Source of the DNA: Thelocarpon superellum
Taxonomy: Eukaryota
Assembly: GCA_026025795.1 (NCBI GenBank)
Contig: JAPEUG010000030.1
Location: 1-64,000 of the forward strand
Direction of reading: 5' to 3'
DNA length: 64,000 nucleotides
The first letter of the stretch is position 1. Every line of letters starts with the position of its first letter. Shown here in pieces: positions 51,790 to 63,362 of this stretch. The position numbers and the translations under genes were made by a program. The notes beneath the pieces were generated by a model. That model was not told where the DNA came from. It saw nothing but the letters and a program-made list of their open reading frames with translations, and searched no databases.

Positions 51790-53304
51790 CTACGTACTAC
51801 GTTCGCCACGACAAACCAGGCATCTAACATCCATGACCCACTCGCCCGCCCCTTCGCACACGATTCTCTCTCTCTCACTAACGGTGCCACTCCCCCTCCT
51901 TCTCTTCCCCAACAGGCCCGCTCCGCACCGACGTAGATCGGTAAGCTTGACGCGCGCAATCTCCTCGGGCCGCTCAAGCCCTTCCACGCGCGCGTCGAAG
52001 CGGTGTGTCCATGGCTTGTGGGATGGGCTTCCGGTACCTCCCTGACTTGAGAGCCTCCGTGAGGGCGTCATGGGCAACGAAGGACTGGACATGGAAGAGG
52101 ATGAGGGCGTCGTAGGTGGAGATGGCGCAGAAGTAGCGGATCTTCTGGGTCGAGACGGAGTCAAAGGCGGGGAGAGCATCGTGGGGCTTCTTGAGCCACG
52201 GGCGGACTTCGAAGCCCTACGGATCAGCTTGCTGGCCACGGGGCTGCAAGGGACAATAGGTTCTCGAAAGACGATGTTTCGATTGTGAGCCACCTTGGGT
52301 GATGGTGGGCCGCAGTGACGATCAAGAGCGTGAGGTGAGATGGGCCCCATGCCGCGGTGCAGCTTGCGGGGCGTGAGCCGCTCGTGGCACGCTCGCTGAA
52401 TGGCATCTTGGACAATGCATTCTTCGTGCAGCCACCGGGTGCAATTGGGACCGGTGCATTCGACCTGGACTTTGTCGGGGTTGCTGAATGCGTTGCAGAA
52501 GCAGTGTGTCTGTATCTGGTTTTCCTGTCGGGGTTGTGAGTGAGATGACATGTGAGCGGGAAAGGAGGGATGGAAAAGAGTAATGCCGTACGGACAACTC
52601 TTGAGTCTCGACGTTGAAGGTCTGGCGCCAGTAGAGGCCACTCAGATGAGCATCGGCGTCGTCTTCGCGCCAATGCTCGACCTTGGTAGGTCCCGAAACC
52701 GTCTTGACATCGATGATGTCCATGTGGTTACTCGCCACCAGCTCATCTTTCCCATGGTACAGTTCGGCACCCTTGGGTAAATCCTCGGGCCAGTAGAACC
52801 AAAGTACCCGTAAGAAGACTTGCTTGGCGCTGCATGCACGAATTTCGGCCACATGTGCCACCCAGAGCTCTCGTTCGGCTGGTGGGCTCTGCAAGGTGCT
52901 TCCTTCGGCCCCTGGGTGGTTTACTAGCACGTCATCGTCGACGGAGAACTTGGTGCCTTTCACTGCGCCACAGTATGAGCTCCATCGGCCCTTGATATTC
53001 GAAGGACAATGGGAGCAAGGAGGCGGGACTCACCTTCAAAACGCCGAAACTGCTTTAAATCTTCCCAGTCGCGACTCGGATGGACTTGGTACGAGGTGTT
53101 GAGCTTGGGGCTGAAAGGATTGGACCCGAATGTGCCGGCGCGAAGAATTGAAGTTCCTCCTTTGATGGTGGAAAGACGGGGGGGAGCGATGCCTATGGAG
53201 AAAGGCGCTTCATCATTCCCTGATTGAGCATGAAATGCAGATGTGGCGCTGCGGCGCACAGTGGGCTTGGAGCCTTGGGCACCACGACCTCCTGCGGACA
53301 CCAT
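51790..53304 (-). CDS. BAH-PHD (EBS/SHL-like; EPR-1/BP1-type) chromatin reader; introns 52963-53033, 52525-52591
   Basis: BAH: WVAHVAEIRA...VFLRVLWFYWPEDLP...YHGKDELVASNHMDII. PHD: HCFC...ECTGPNC..WLHEEC, with the final CLVC near the C-terminus. Confidence 0.85.
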
Positions 53305-53754
53305 GGCTTGTACAGAGGAGTATGCGAGACGAGGAAGATGGAGCGCCGCGATGGGCAGAAGGGATGCGAGTCCAGGTTCAGGTCGTCCTCGGCAAGTGAC
53401 TTGGCCGGAGAGACGAGTAAATCATCCTATCAATCTAGCCAGGCATTCACTGATTCACATCAAGTGCCATGGATGGTCCGCAAGATACTCTGACAAATTG
53501 ACGGCATGAAACTGAACGAGATTAACATGGCATCATCTGTAGTAGATTCAGATGTCGGTGTGGTCAATGGAGTTTCTCTCGTGGAGCATATGTCACGGCG
53601 CTTCAAATTGCATCTCACACCACCTGACGGCCAAAAGAGATCGTCGCCCATGCTTTTGTTCGTGACCCGGCCTAACGCCACTGATGGGGCCCCGATCGGA
53701 GAAGCCAAATTCAGCAGGATTAATGGGCCCCCATGAGAAGATGGACTCAATGAC

Positions 53755-54332
53755 TCATGCTGGTCGTCGTTTCGCAAATTCCTCGAGGTCTCCTCGTGTC
53801 GCAACTCCCAGAACAAATCGCCGGCTGATGTCGGTGACGACGGCAAAGTCTTGTGGTGAGCTCCCAACCGGCGTACCGGTGAAGAAAGCCTCGAGTTCTT
53901 CCAGTGGGGTATCCATCGTGATGACCTTGTACACCCGGCCTTTGCGGCGGAATCTCAGCATGGCCTTGTCCACTGCATCTTCCTCGGTCACCGCACCCTC
54001 TCTCAAGAGCTGCTTGAGTCGTGGGATGTGGAGGTAACCCAAGAGCGCACGAGTATCGTGCGACACCACTGTCAGATGGGTGTAATCTCGCTCGTACGCG
54101 CTCAGCAGCGCATTCGAGATGGAATCGGTGGGGTGCGTGGAGAGCGCGGGGGGCGGATCGAGGTCCTCTACCGTGGCCTATGATGCCCACAGTCAATCCC
54201 TGTTGCAGGCGTTCCCCTCGCGCGGGCTGGGATACTTACCCCGCGGTACTTGTTAGCCCACAGTGATGGGATCTGGATCGCAGCAGGGGGCGCCCGTCCC
54301 TCCGGCGAAGTTGTGGAGGTGGCCGTGGCCAT
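53755..54332 (-). CDS. Small stand-alone CBS-pair (Bateman) domain protein, 171 aa (intron 54178-54239)
   Basis: Spliced KYRG/ATVEDLDPPPALS...AYERDYTHLTVV...LLGYL; second repeat VITMDTPLEELEAFF...FAVVTD...VLGVATRGDLEEF. Confidence 0.85.
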
Positions 54333-56035
54333 GCAGGTCGGTCACGAGTGACGCAGCTGAGCTGCAGAAGATCTGTCGAGGAATGGGCGCCGAGCGGCGA
54401 TGGATGATCCGTCGTTGCGAACGGTCGTTTGCAGTTAGTTATCTGCACGACACGCATGGAAATGCGTGCGAGGCAGCCAGTCAGAGCTCGTGGCGGGATA
54501 TCCCGGGGCTCACGACAAATCTCAAGTACAAGTAGGTTGGTGAGATGCTCCACTACGATTCGGAATTCCGCGAGTGGTCGCTCGATGACGATCTTCTCAT
54601 CTTCTACATCTACTTAATTCACCTAGTAGGTGAGATACACAGGCTTGGCAATCTTGGATTCGCCAAGGCAGGGCGCGCATGGGACGCATGGCACGAACGG
54701 TTGCCACGATGTATTTACGGTGGAAAGGTCGCAAGGCAATACGTTCGGTAGCACCAAGGACGAGTCGAGCCCGCAAATCCACATCCCGGATGTATTCCCA
54801 CATGGACTGCTTGTCGATGCTTATATCACGCAGGATGGCCCGGGGTAGAGGGGAGCTCCACGGGCACTGAAATGGCCCATGGCGTGGCGAATCGTGCATT
54901 CCGCAGCGGCCGGGCCAACCACAGGCAGAGGCCTCGTCCTGATACTCGTTTGTACATTACGACGCGGGAGGAGGCTGCAGCTCGTCCGTAGCCGCTTCAA
55001 CATTCACTAAACATTGATCCAGCGAAAGCTTGTTTGCACCGCAAGTGCCCGGGGTCTGCAGCGTCGAGCAGGGTCGGGCAGCGCCCGGCTGCTGCTCGAC
55101 CCGGACGTTTTCCGGACGTGTCCCAGCCTCGGCCGCGCCCACGGTCGCGGACACGGGCGGGAGTGCGGCGGTGATGGGAATATTTATTGGCCATTTATTG
55201 GTCCTCCACCGCCTTGGATGCGTGTCAAAGTGCTCTCGAAGACCGGCCAATAAAGCTTATTCGGAGGCGGACTCGTGTAACTACTTGTACTCATCCAGTG
55301 TGTAGAGCCTCCCCTCCGGCCATCGGGCGCCTCCCTTCCCCTTCCCGTGAGCTGTTCCCTGTACCGAGACGGAGTATTCCCACGACAGCGAATGACTCTC
55401 TAGGTATGTTCTCTCGTACGAAGTACTCGTGCCCTGTCGTCGCCGCGGGCTTCCACGCCAGGCTTCGCTTGCCCCCCCGGAGCCGCCCCCGGTCCGGCAC
55501 GTAACGAGCCTGTGCGCAAGCCCAAGCGCGCCTCTAGCCCGGTGCCCGCCCATCCATAGCCCAGCCGTAAGCGTCCATTATTCCAGGAATTGTGTGCGCC
55601 CCACACCCTCTCCCCGCCCCCCCCCACTGGTGTGCCTGCCTGGAAGATCCTCTGAACCCTCCTGACCGTGAGGTGCGACGGGTGAGGTCCGCTAGCGCAC
55701 GAATGGCCGTAATAGCTGCGTCACGGTCGACTTATTCCCGGTCGAGTACACTGCAGCCAGCCTGGGTCTCTGCCACTAAGAGCGTTCCAGACTGGTCAAG
55801 ACTGGGGATGGAGGGGGAAGGGGGGGTGCAGCGGGGACAGCGGACCCTCTCTCGTCCCTTTCTTGCTCTGTTCCCGATGCGTCTAAGCAGACCGACGAAC
55901 GTGCCGAGACTTACCGTCTTGCCAAACCTCTCATTCTTTTCCTCACGGACCCACTGAACATCATTGTGACCGTGGCCTGACCTCGGCGCACATTTTGTCG
56001 CCCCTGTCGACGTTGTCAAGTCGTGGTGGCGCATC

Positions 56036-56874
56036 ATGCCGGATACGCTGGTCAGTCACGGCCGTGGAGGTGAGCGGAATGGCGCAGGACTCTGTCGGCG
56101 GCGACGAGAGCATGAGACGTAGCGACCGGCGCTGACTCCGGCGGAATAGGTGCGGGCAACCTGAGCGAGGACACGGCGTCGTAAGCTATCCCTCGCTGAC
56201 CCTTTCTGCCTTCATCCCATGGCCAAGCGTCTTGGCGGCGCATTGTTTCCTACGCGGCCCTTTGTCTTCTCCCACCGTTGCGGTGACGCTCAGCTCACTA
56301 GTGATGCCCCATAGGTACACGGATGGCGAGATTGTACGCAGTGGCGCCTACGATCCCACGATCGATGGCGCATACTCCACAGGAGCAGGTGCTCATGATC
56401 TTGAGGGAGACGTCTCAGCTGACCATCCTTCGCAGCGGGGTGGTCAGGGCAACATTGCCGCGCCGGGAGTGAAGCCGGCAGAGCCAAGTCCAACAGAGGA
56501 TGTTGCACCCGAGGAAGTGCTGCGGCCGAGCAGCGAGTTGGAGAATTACCACTTTGGGGTACGTCCACAGTGCCACGGCGGGTGCCCATCCACGACCGGG
56601 CTGATCCGGGACGTAGCTGGGAGGGGAAGGCAATATTCATCAGGCTGAAGATCCGTATCGCAATCAGAACCCGCTATCGCACGACACGAACACGGAGAAA
56701 CGGCCGTTGAAGAGCCCGAGCCCCAATCAAGCGACGAACCAGCCGCCGAACGGGCATGTCAACCAGCAACCTAACATAAATCCGACGGCCAACGGCGGCG
56801 CCAACCTGCGACACGAGGGCTTGGCGGACAAGCTCAAGTACAAGCTGCTGGCGGGCTTACGATCGCGGACGTAG
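56036..56874 (+). CDS. Par32/DUF3602-like protein with GRGGxGN repeats (introns 56070-56149, 56181-56314, 56385-56435 [GC-AG], 56559-56616)
   Basis: Spliced motifs SHGRGGAGNL, STGRGGQGNI, HFGLGGEGNI; C-terminal GLADKLKYKLL. Confidence 0.82.
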
Positions 56875-57102
56875 TGCGTGCAACGACGAGTGACGGATTG
56901 GGTTATCGGGATGGACTGGGAGGGCGGTGGAATGTGTTTAGAGTGAGGGCTGGTTGGGATGTTCTGGGGCGCATCTGCGCTCCGTCTTAGACATGAGGCT
57001 TAATGTGTGCGTGCGCGATGGAATCATGGCAGCGGGTGTCATGGTCCCTTAGGGTATTTACAAAAGAGGCCGTTCGACCGTAAACCGTCCACCGTCCACC
57101 GT

Positions 57103-57511
57103 TCAACCTGTGAGCGCCTCCTGCCGACTTAATGATCTCGAGTGCCGGTCGACTTCCTCAACGACGCCTTTGACGCCAAGCTTTTCAACGTCCAGCGTCA
57201 TTTCTTTGCCATCCTCTGGTCTTGGTCAGCCGATCGCTCGCCAGGCTGATAAGCAGGAGATCATGAACTAAGGCGGCGATCTGGTTTGTGCTGGATGAGA
57301 GACACGCGAGGGGAAAACGAAGGCTAAACGTACTGAACTTCAGGGAGAGTATGCTGCGTTGTCGACTATTGCGAGGGAGCAGGGTCGTCTCAATTTTCAT
57401 CGTCTGGCGTGCATTGGGCGGCAGGAAAGAGAGGAAGAGGCGAGCAGTCTTGGCTTGACGCGAAAAGGGGTTGAAGGTGCTTCTCACGTCGGTGATGAAG
57501 CGGGTGATCAT
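57103..57511 (-). CDS. MRPL44: Mitochondrial 54S ribosomal protein L44 (mL53); intron 57216-57333
   Basis: MITRFITDVRSTFNPFSRQAKTARLFLSFLPP...KF/KDGKEM...VEEVDRHSR. Confidence 0.92.
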
Positions 57512-57585
57512 GGTGTTGGATGTGGAGGGCAAGGGCGACTGGACGAGCAGTCTGTCAAGCCCGCGGTGCCGTTGCACGATCCGGG

Positions 57586-57617
57586 CCACGGACCAAGGAC
57601 CACGGATCACGGATCAC
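57586..57617. repeat. Imperfect 7-mer tandem repeat (CACGGAY)n upstream of MRPL44
   Basis: ccacgga ccaagga ccacgga tcacgga tcac. Confidence 0.55.
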
Positions 57618-58260
57618 AGCGTAAACCCAGCACTAGCCCTACTTGCGACCTTTTGGCATTCTCAGATTTGCGGGCCTTGAGATTGGTCGGTCAATGGAGA
57701 CAAGGCGAGGAAAGTCATGCAAGCTGGATCAAATAACGTGGCGGATCGATGTGAACGGGCCGAGACATCGATAGGATACTGGCATGTTCCGAGATCCCAT
57801 CATTTCTTCGACCAAGGACCGTTGATGCCAAGAATGATCGACCTGTCGGTAGGCGCCTGAGCCGACGAATTACCGAGCCCAATTTTTCCCACTGCCACTG
57901 CCATAGGCACAAGTGCCCGTACGAGGCTTTGCGCAAGACCGTGCCAAGTGTACGATGACGCGCCAGGCTTACTACTCTGCCCGGTACATGGAGCGTCGAC
58001 CCTTTCCGGAGTCACGCCTAGCCGACCGATTTCTTGACTGGAAGTCGGTTGAGCAGCTGCGATTGCGGCGGCCGGCCCACCACGCAAATATTGCCCATGC
58101 TCCCGTTATGGCGGGCACGCTGACTCGTACTGATGCGCATACTTGGACCAAGACGTGTAACGAGCAATAACTCGACCTCTTGCCAGGCACGACAGCTTCG
58201 CCTCCACATGGTCACCTAGCAGTCAGCATCAATAGAAAATACCGGACATGGGCGTCCACC

Positions 58261-59530
58261 ATGTCCATATCAACGTCTGTCGCCTCCCTAAAGACACGTC
58301 TGACGCAACTGTCTGACGCGCAACGGACAACGGCAAGCCTCATCACACGCCTGAGCAAGCTCCCGATCCAGCCGGGGTCGTCAGCACTCGACTCCGAGGC
58401 CGACGACGCGCGCCTGGAGCTGGGCAGCGAGATCCACCAGCGGTTGAAAGAGCAAGACGAGGCGCTCGAGCTCCTCCGGCAGGCCGTCGACGACCTTCCG
58501 TCTCCGAGCTTACGCACCCGACCGCGGGGCGAAGAAGGCGAACGCGCGGCCTTGGAGATCGGGGTAAACCGTGTGGTAGAGGACCTCAAGAATGCACGCT
58601 CCCTCTATCGCAAGGCGCAGCTCCAAGCCAAACGCGACGCGGAGAAGGCACGGCGCAAAGAGCGGGAGCTCCTGTTCGCGGACGTCCAGGAGGGATCGCT
58701 GAACCGCAACTCCTCCCGGCGTCGCGGCCAGGACAAGCTCTCGCAGGACGAACTGGTCGTCGGCGCGTCACAAGATGTCACGGCTGCACTGCGTCGCACT
58801 CACCAGCTCATGCAGTCGGAGTTGTCCCGGTCACAATTTGCCCGCGAAACGCTCGGTATGGCCCCATGCTCCACACCTCTCGACGTGACCCCTCCTCTGA
58901 CACCCGTCCGTAGAACAATCGACGGCAGCGCTGGGCACGCTCTCGGAAAGCTACTCCAGCCTCGACACGCTCCTGGCCTCGTCACGCTCCCTCCTTGGCA
59001 ATCTCCTCCGGTCCCAGAAATCAGACACGTGGTATCTGGAGACGGCATTCTACCTCCTACTATCGACGATCATCTGGCTGATCTTCCGACGCTTCTTCTA
59101 CGGGCCGCTGTGGTGGCTCGTGTATCTCCCGCTGCGCATCCTCTTTCGATTGAGTAGCACCGTGCTCTTTACCGCGTTCGGCATCTTCGGTTCCTCGCAG
59201 GCCTCCTTGTCTGCTTCATCATCTTCGTCTCTCGCTTCATCCGGCACGTCCCTGATCGTCAAGCCGTCCGCGACCCCCGGCTCCTTTCCTCGGTTCGAAG
59301 GTGGTGCTCCTGCCGCGGCTGTGGCGGTCGGAGGGGGCGGCAAGGAGGACAATCTGCAGTCCGAGTCTCTCCTGGAGGAGGTGGGCCGAATTTCAGAAGC
59401 GGCGGAGCAAGCGGCAGGAGGAGCGCTGGAGAAAACACCACAGGAAGAGGAGCAAGGACAGCCGAATCCCAAGAAACGCATGTGGGAGGAGAAGGAGGGG
59501 GAGACGAAGAAAACCAAGGACGAATTATGA
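58261..59530 (+). CDS. SEC20: ER SNARE Sec20 (intron 58856-58913)
   Basis: Coiled-coil N-terminus, SNARE motif DVTAALRRTHQLMQSELSRS...LEQST, TM segment ending WLIFRR, lumenal tail ending in KDEL. Confidence 0.9.
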
Positions 59531-59779
59531 TGATAGCAGAGGCAGCGTGCATTCTTACCACATCCATAACCCCCCCCACACTACGAGTACCGAGTACGAT
59601 AAGGACCCGACGCTGACGCGGTCGGGAGAGGCTCTATAATCGTCTTGATTGAAGGTTGACGTCGATGGTGCTTTTGACCTACGATACGACAGGCTTCCCC
59701 CTCTTCCCACGCTACCCTACTCCCTCTCCCAGGCGCAGCGGTGCTCACCCCACGTACGTACCGAGTGACCGGGTGTGAT

Positions 59780-61121
59780 CTACACCGCCGCTCCGGAGAT
59801 GAAGAACCACTTGTCGATGCTAGGATCGATCCCGGCTGGCTTGAGCTCTTGGCTCTTCGGAATGGGCGGGAGCTGGCTCGGGTCTACGCGACTGGGGGAG
59901 TGCTTGACTGTTAGGTTGGTGCTAAGATTGCCTTAGTTCAGGGGTCTGTTGGTGGGGTGGCGGGGAATGGAATGGAATGGAGAGAGAGACGAACATCGAG
60001 ACATCTCCTGGTTGCGTCTTGCCCGTGATCAGCCTCTCCCATGCTTCGCCGCACTCGCGGATGATGTCCGTGGCGTATCTAGAAGGTAGTAAGTACATGT
60101 GCTATTCATGCCCTGCCCCTAATGGATACCCACTTCTTGTTCTTGCACTCTCCGGAAAAGGCGAATTGATTCTCGGGCTTGCCATCGGGAATCTTATAGA
60201 TCCGGAACCATTCGTTGGTGGCCCGCAGCAAGCCCGGCAGGTGTCGCTCGACGTCTTCGATGTCGTTGAGCTTGGGGGCCAGGGGGTCGTTGACGTCAAT
60301 CACGATGACTTTCCAGTCCGTCTCGTCTTCGTCGAGCAGCGCCATGACGCCCAGAACTTTGACTTGCTTGACCTGACCCGTGTACCCGACAAGCTCGCCG
60401 ATCTCGCACACGTCCAGGGGGTCGTTGTCGCCCTTGGCCTTGGTCTCGGGATGAACGACATTGGGGTCTTCCCAGGTTTGGGGGAAGGCGCCGTAATTCC
60501 ACAAATAGCCGTGGTGGGGAAAGCAGTTGCGTACGAAGCGGAGCTTGCCCTTTTTAGTGTCTTGCTTGATGGGGTTCAAGGTCTCCTCCTTGGAAATCTA
60601 CCAGCACGCATCTTTAGTAGATAATCCACCGAGCCATGTGGTACAGAGGTACGCACCTCCATCTTGCCATTGGTCCACCGCGGGATCTCCACAATCATGT
60701 TCAACACCGTCTGTTGCTCATTGGCAAACAAGGGCACGTCGTGAAAGGGCGACAACGGAATGCCATCACGCTCGACGAAGACACGATGCTCGAGGGTGTT
60801 GGGTGCCCCAATCTTGCGAACGCTAAAGATGGGAGCCATGGGGGGATCCGAGGCAGTGGTATGCAGTGGGACGGAGGGAAGATGTCCGGCCACTTGCGCC
60901 GTGCGAGCAGCGACAATGCTCGAGGAGGATGACGTCGAGATCTTGAGGTAGGAAGAAGCCAGCGTTGTGAGGCTTCGCCGCAGGTTAACGGGGGCACGAG
61001 CGATGGTATGGGCACGAGTAGGAGCAACTTGGGAGGGGAGGGAGTGGACGAAGTGGGGCAGTGGGGGCCGAAGAAGGCGGTGTGATGCTCGGCGCAAGAG
61101 GCACTGGTACTCCACCAGCAT
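59780..61121 (-). CDS. IPP1: Inorganic pyrophosphatase (family I); in-frame ATGs at 61121 and 60839; introns 60598-60656, 60079-60133, 59922-59994
   Basis: [82 protein letters not shown]. Confidence 0.95.
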
Positions 61122-61570
61122 TCAGGGAATCAATGCAGCAAGTTACAACGTGGGGTCACAGGAGTTGCCGAAGGAAATTCCGATCAGGTCCGGGAAGGGC
61201 ACAGGAGTGTAAGAGTGCATGAAGTACCGAAAGCTGGGCACTTCGACCTATCCAACGTGCCTGATCTAATCCTTTGTGTTGGTGGAGCAGACCGGAACCT
61301 TATCCGAATGTACGGAGGATACGGGCCTCGATCGTTATATCCGTCTCCAGCGCAACGCGAGCGACGGGCAAAAGAACCCAGGCCAATCCGCTCGTATGGT
61401 AAGCAGCGTACCGCTCCGCAGCGGCAGCGATTGTGACTCTCCTGCACGTGATATGCAAATTGTTCGGAGATTCTCACTCCGAGGTAAATGGCCATGCGTA
61501 TGCCACCCCACGCCGTCGTCCTCATGAGATGCGCTTTCGACCCCCCGTAGGCGCTTGGATGCTCTCAAGG

Positions 61571-62923
61571 ATGGCCTCTCCACCACCGACATTCCCACCA
61601 CGGAAGGTTCCCATCCCGGCCAAGGGGGTCGACTACCGTAGTAAAGTAGTCCTGGCCCCCATGGTCCGGTCCGGGGAGCTGCCCTCACGACTGATGGCCC
61701 TACGATACGGCGCCGACCTAGTCTGGGGTCCGGAAACGGTAGATCGATCGATGATCGGCTGCACTGGGTCCATGAACCCCCGCACCTCGACCCTCGATTT
61801 CACCCGTCCGTCGTCGAACAACTCTACCTCCCTAATCTACCGCCTCCACCCCGAGCTCGAGTCCAAGCGATTGATCTTCCAGCTCGGCACTGCCTCGCCC
61901 ACATATGCTGTCCAAGCCGCCCATCTCGTGGGCGCGTCCGTGGCTGGGATCGACGTCAACGCCGGCTGTCCCAAGCCCTTCTCTACCAGCGGCGGCATGG
62001 GCGCAGCACTCCTCCGCACCCCGGACCTACTCTGTGAGATTCTGACAACACTGGTGAAAGAGGTGGGACACCTCTACGAGATTGGCATCTCTGTCAAGAT
62101 CCGACTTCTGCCCGAGCCAGAAATGACGGAGGATCTCGTCCGACGACTCTGCCAGACGGGGATTACAGGGCTCACCGTGCACTGTCGTACGGCGACCATG
62201 AGGCCACGCGAGAAAGCCATCCGCGAGCAACTTCGCAGCGTCGCCACCATTTGCCGCGGCCACGGCGTGGCATGCCTCATGAATGGTGACGTCGCGGACC
62301 GAGATGCGGCCCTCGCCCTGGCGACAGAATATGGGGTAGACGGAGGCATGATCGCCACGGCTGCCGAATCCAACCCCTCGGTCTTCCGAACCCAGGCAGA
62401 GGGTGGCCAGGCCCCTTGGAGTACCATTATGCGGGAATACATCGAGACAGCACTGTCGGTGGAAAATCGATATGGCAACACCAAGTTCCTGCTCCAACAC
62501 CTCATCCCAGGCAAAAACGCGGCACACAAGAAGTTCCAATCCGCAAGGGGCTACGTGGAGCTATGCGCTGCACTCGGCCTCGACGACCTCCTCGCAACCG
62601 CAGCGCAAGTTGATACACAGCTTGGCATTCGGTCCTCCGCCGTGGCGGGTCGAATCTCGTCGGCTGGAGCCGGCGTCGTTGTTCCGTCTGCGACATCCCC
62701 GTCTTCCAGCATCAGCATCAAGCGCAAAAGCGTCACAGACACCTCCACTGACTGCGACTATATCTATGACGGCAACAAGAACGATGCAGGCGCTAGAAAA
62801 AGACTCGTTCAGGAGCGAGGCTCGGGCTCAAGCTCTGTCTCCGTCGTCGATGCACAGGCCTATCCTGATCTCGGACCTGCTCCGGCTGCGACGGCGGCGG
62901 CGGCGGCGGCAATCAATGTGTGA
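61571..62923 (+). CDS. DUS2: tRNA-dihydrouridine(20) synthase Dus2/Smm1 (intronless)
   Basis: VLAPMVRSGELPSRL, WGPETVD, LIFQLGT, IDVNAGCPKPFSTSGGMGAALL, SVKIRLL, TVHCRT, NGDV. Confidence 0.92.
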   Translation: MASPPPTFPPRKVPIPAKGVDYRSKVVLAPMVRSGELPSRLMALRYGADLVWGPETVDRSMIGCTGSMNPRTSTLDFTRPSSNNSTSLIYRLHPELESKRLIFQLGTASPTYAVQAAHLVGASVAGIDVNAGCPKPFSTSGGMGAALLRTPDLLCEILTTLVKEVGHLYEIGISVKIRLLPEPEMTEDLVRRLCQTGITGLTVHCRTATMRPREKAIREQLRSVATICRGHGVACLMNGDVADRDAALALATEYGVDGGMIATAAESNPSVFRTQAEGGQAPWSTIMREYIETALSVENRYGNTKFLLQHLIPGKNAAHKKFQSARGYVELCAALGLDDLLATAAQVDTQLGIRSSAVAGRISSAGAGVVVPSATSPSSSISIKRKSVTDTSTDCDYIYDGNKNDAGARKRLVQERGSGSSSVSVVDAQAYPDLGPAPAATAAAAAAINV

Positions 62924-62941
62924 CGGACGGACGGACGGACG
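62922..62941. repeat. (GACG)5 microsatellite overlapping the DUS2 stop codon
   Basis: tGACGGACGGACGGACGGACG. Confidence 0.9.
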
Positions 62942-63362
62942 ATGAGTGGGAGATCTGATAGATCTCTGATGATTGAGTGGGCGCATGGAGCATCCATGCA
63001 GGGCATTCGGTGAACAGGATGGTGTAGAGTCCAATTTGGCCGAGGGCTGCGGCGCTCTTGCATTGTCATGGCACAAGGAGCGAATGCTTATGAATCTCCT
63101 CATACTGAATAATGAATACGACTGTACAGACAAGCCTGACTACGCTACTGTCGCTGCCCGTGTGCACTGCTATAGACTGCTGTAGACGGCCGTGTGCAAT
63201 CTTGATGAAGAGGCCTTCCGCAACCATGATGCGGTGAGACAATTTGCCCCCTTGTCCAAACCACGAAAGCTGCATTCCGGAGCAAGCATGAGGGCTGCGC
63301 ATCTCATGATGCTCATGAGGGCTAAGCATCATGATACAGATACGTAGGGCCGAGGTGCCCGA

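Noticed and set aside
1..53304. Chromatin/DNA-metabolism cluster (Fun30, LSD1, MPH1, TOP1, BAH-PHD)
   Set aside because: The genes are dispersed among unrelated housekeeping genes; compatible with chance.
54340..55000. Short ORFs such as 54545-54751
   Set aside because: No family signal or consistent exon structure; cannot be supported.
62921..63013. Possible stop-codon readthrough of DUS2 (TGA CGG context)
   Set aside because: The context comes from a (GACG)n microsatellite and the extension has no PTS1 or other signal. The other stop contexts I checked also lacked TGA-CTA plus PTS1.
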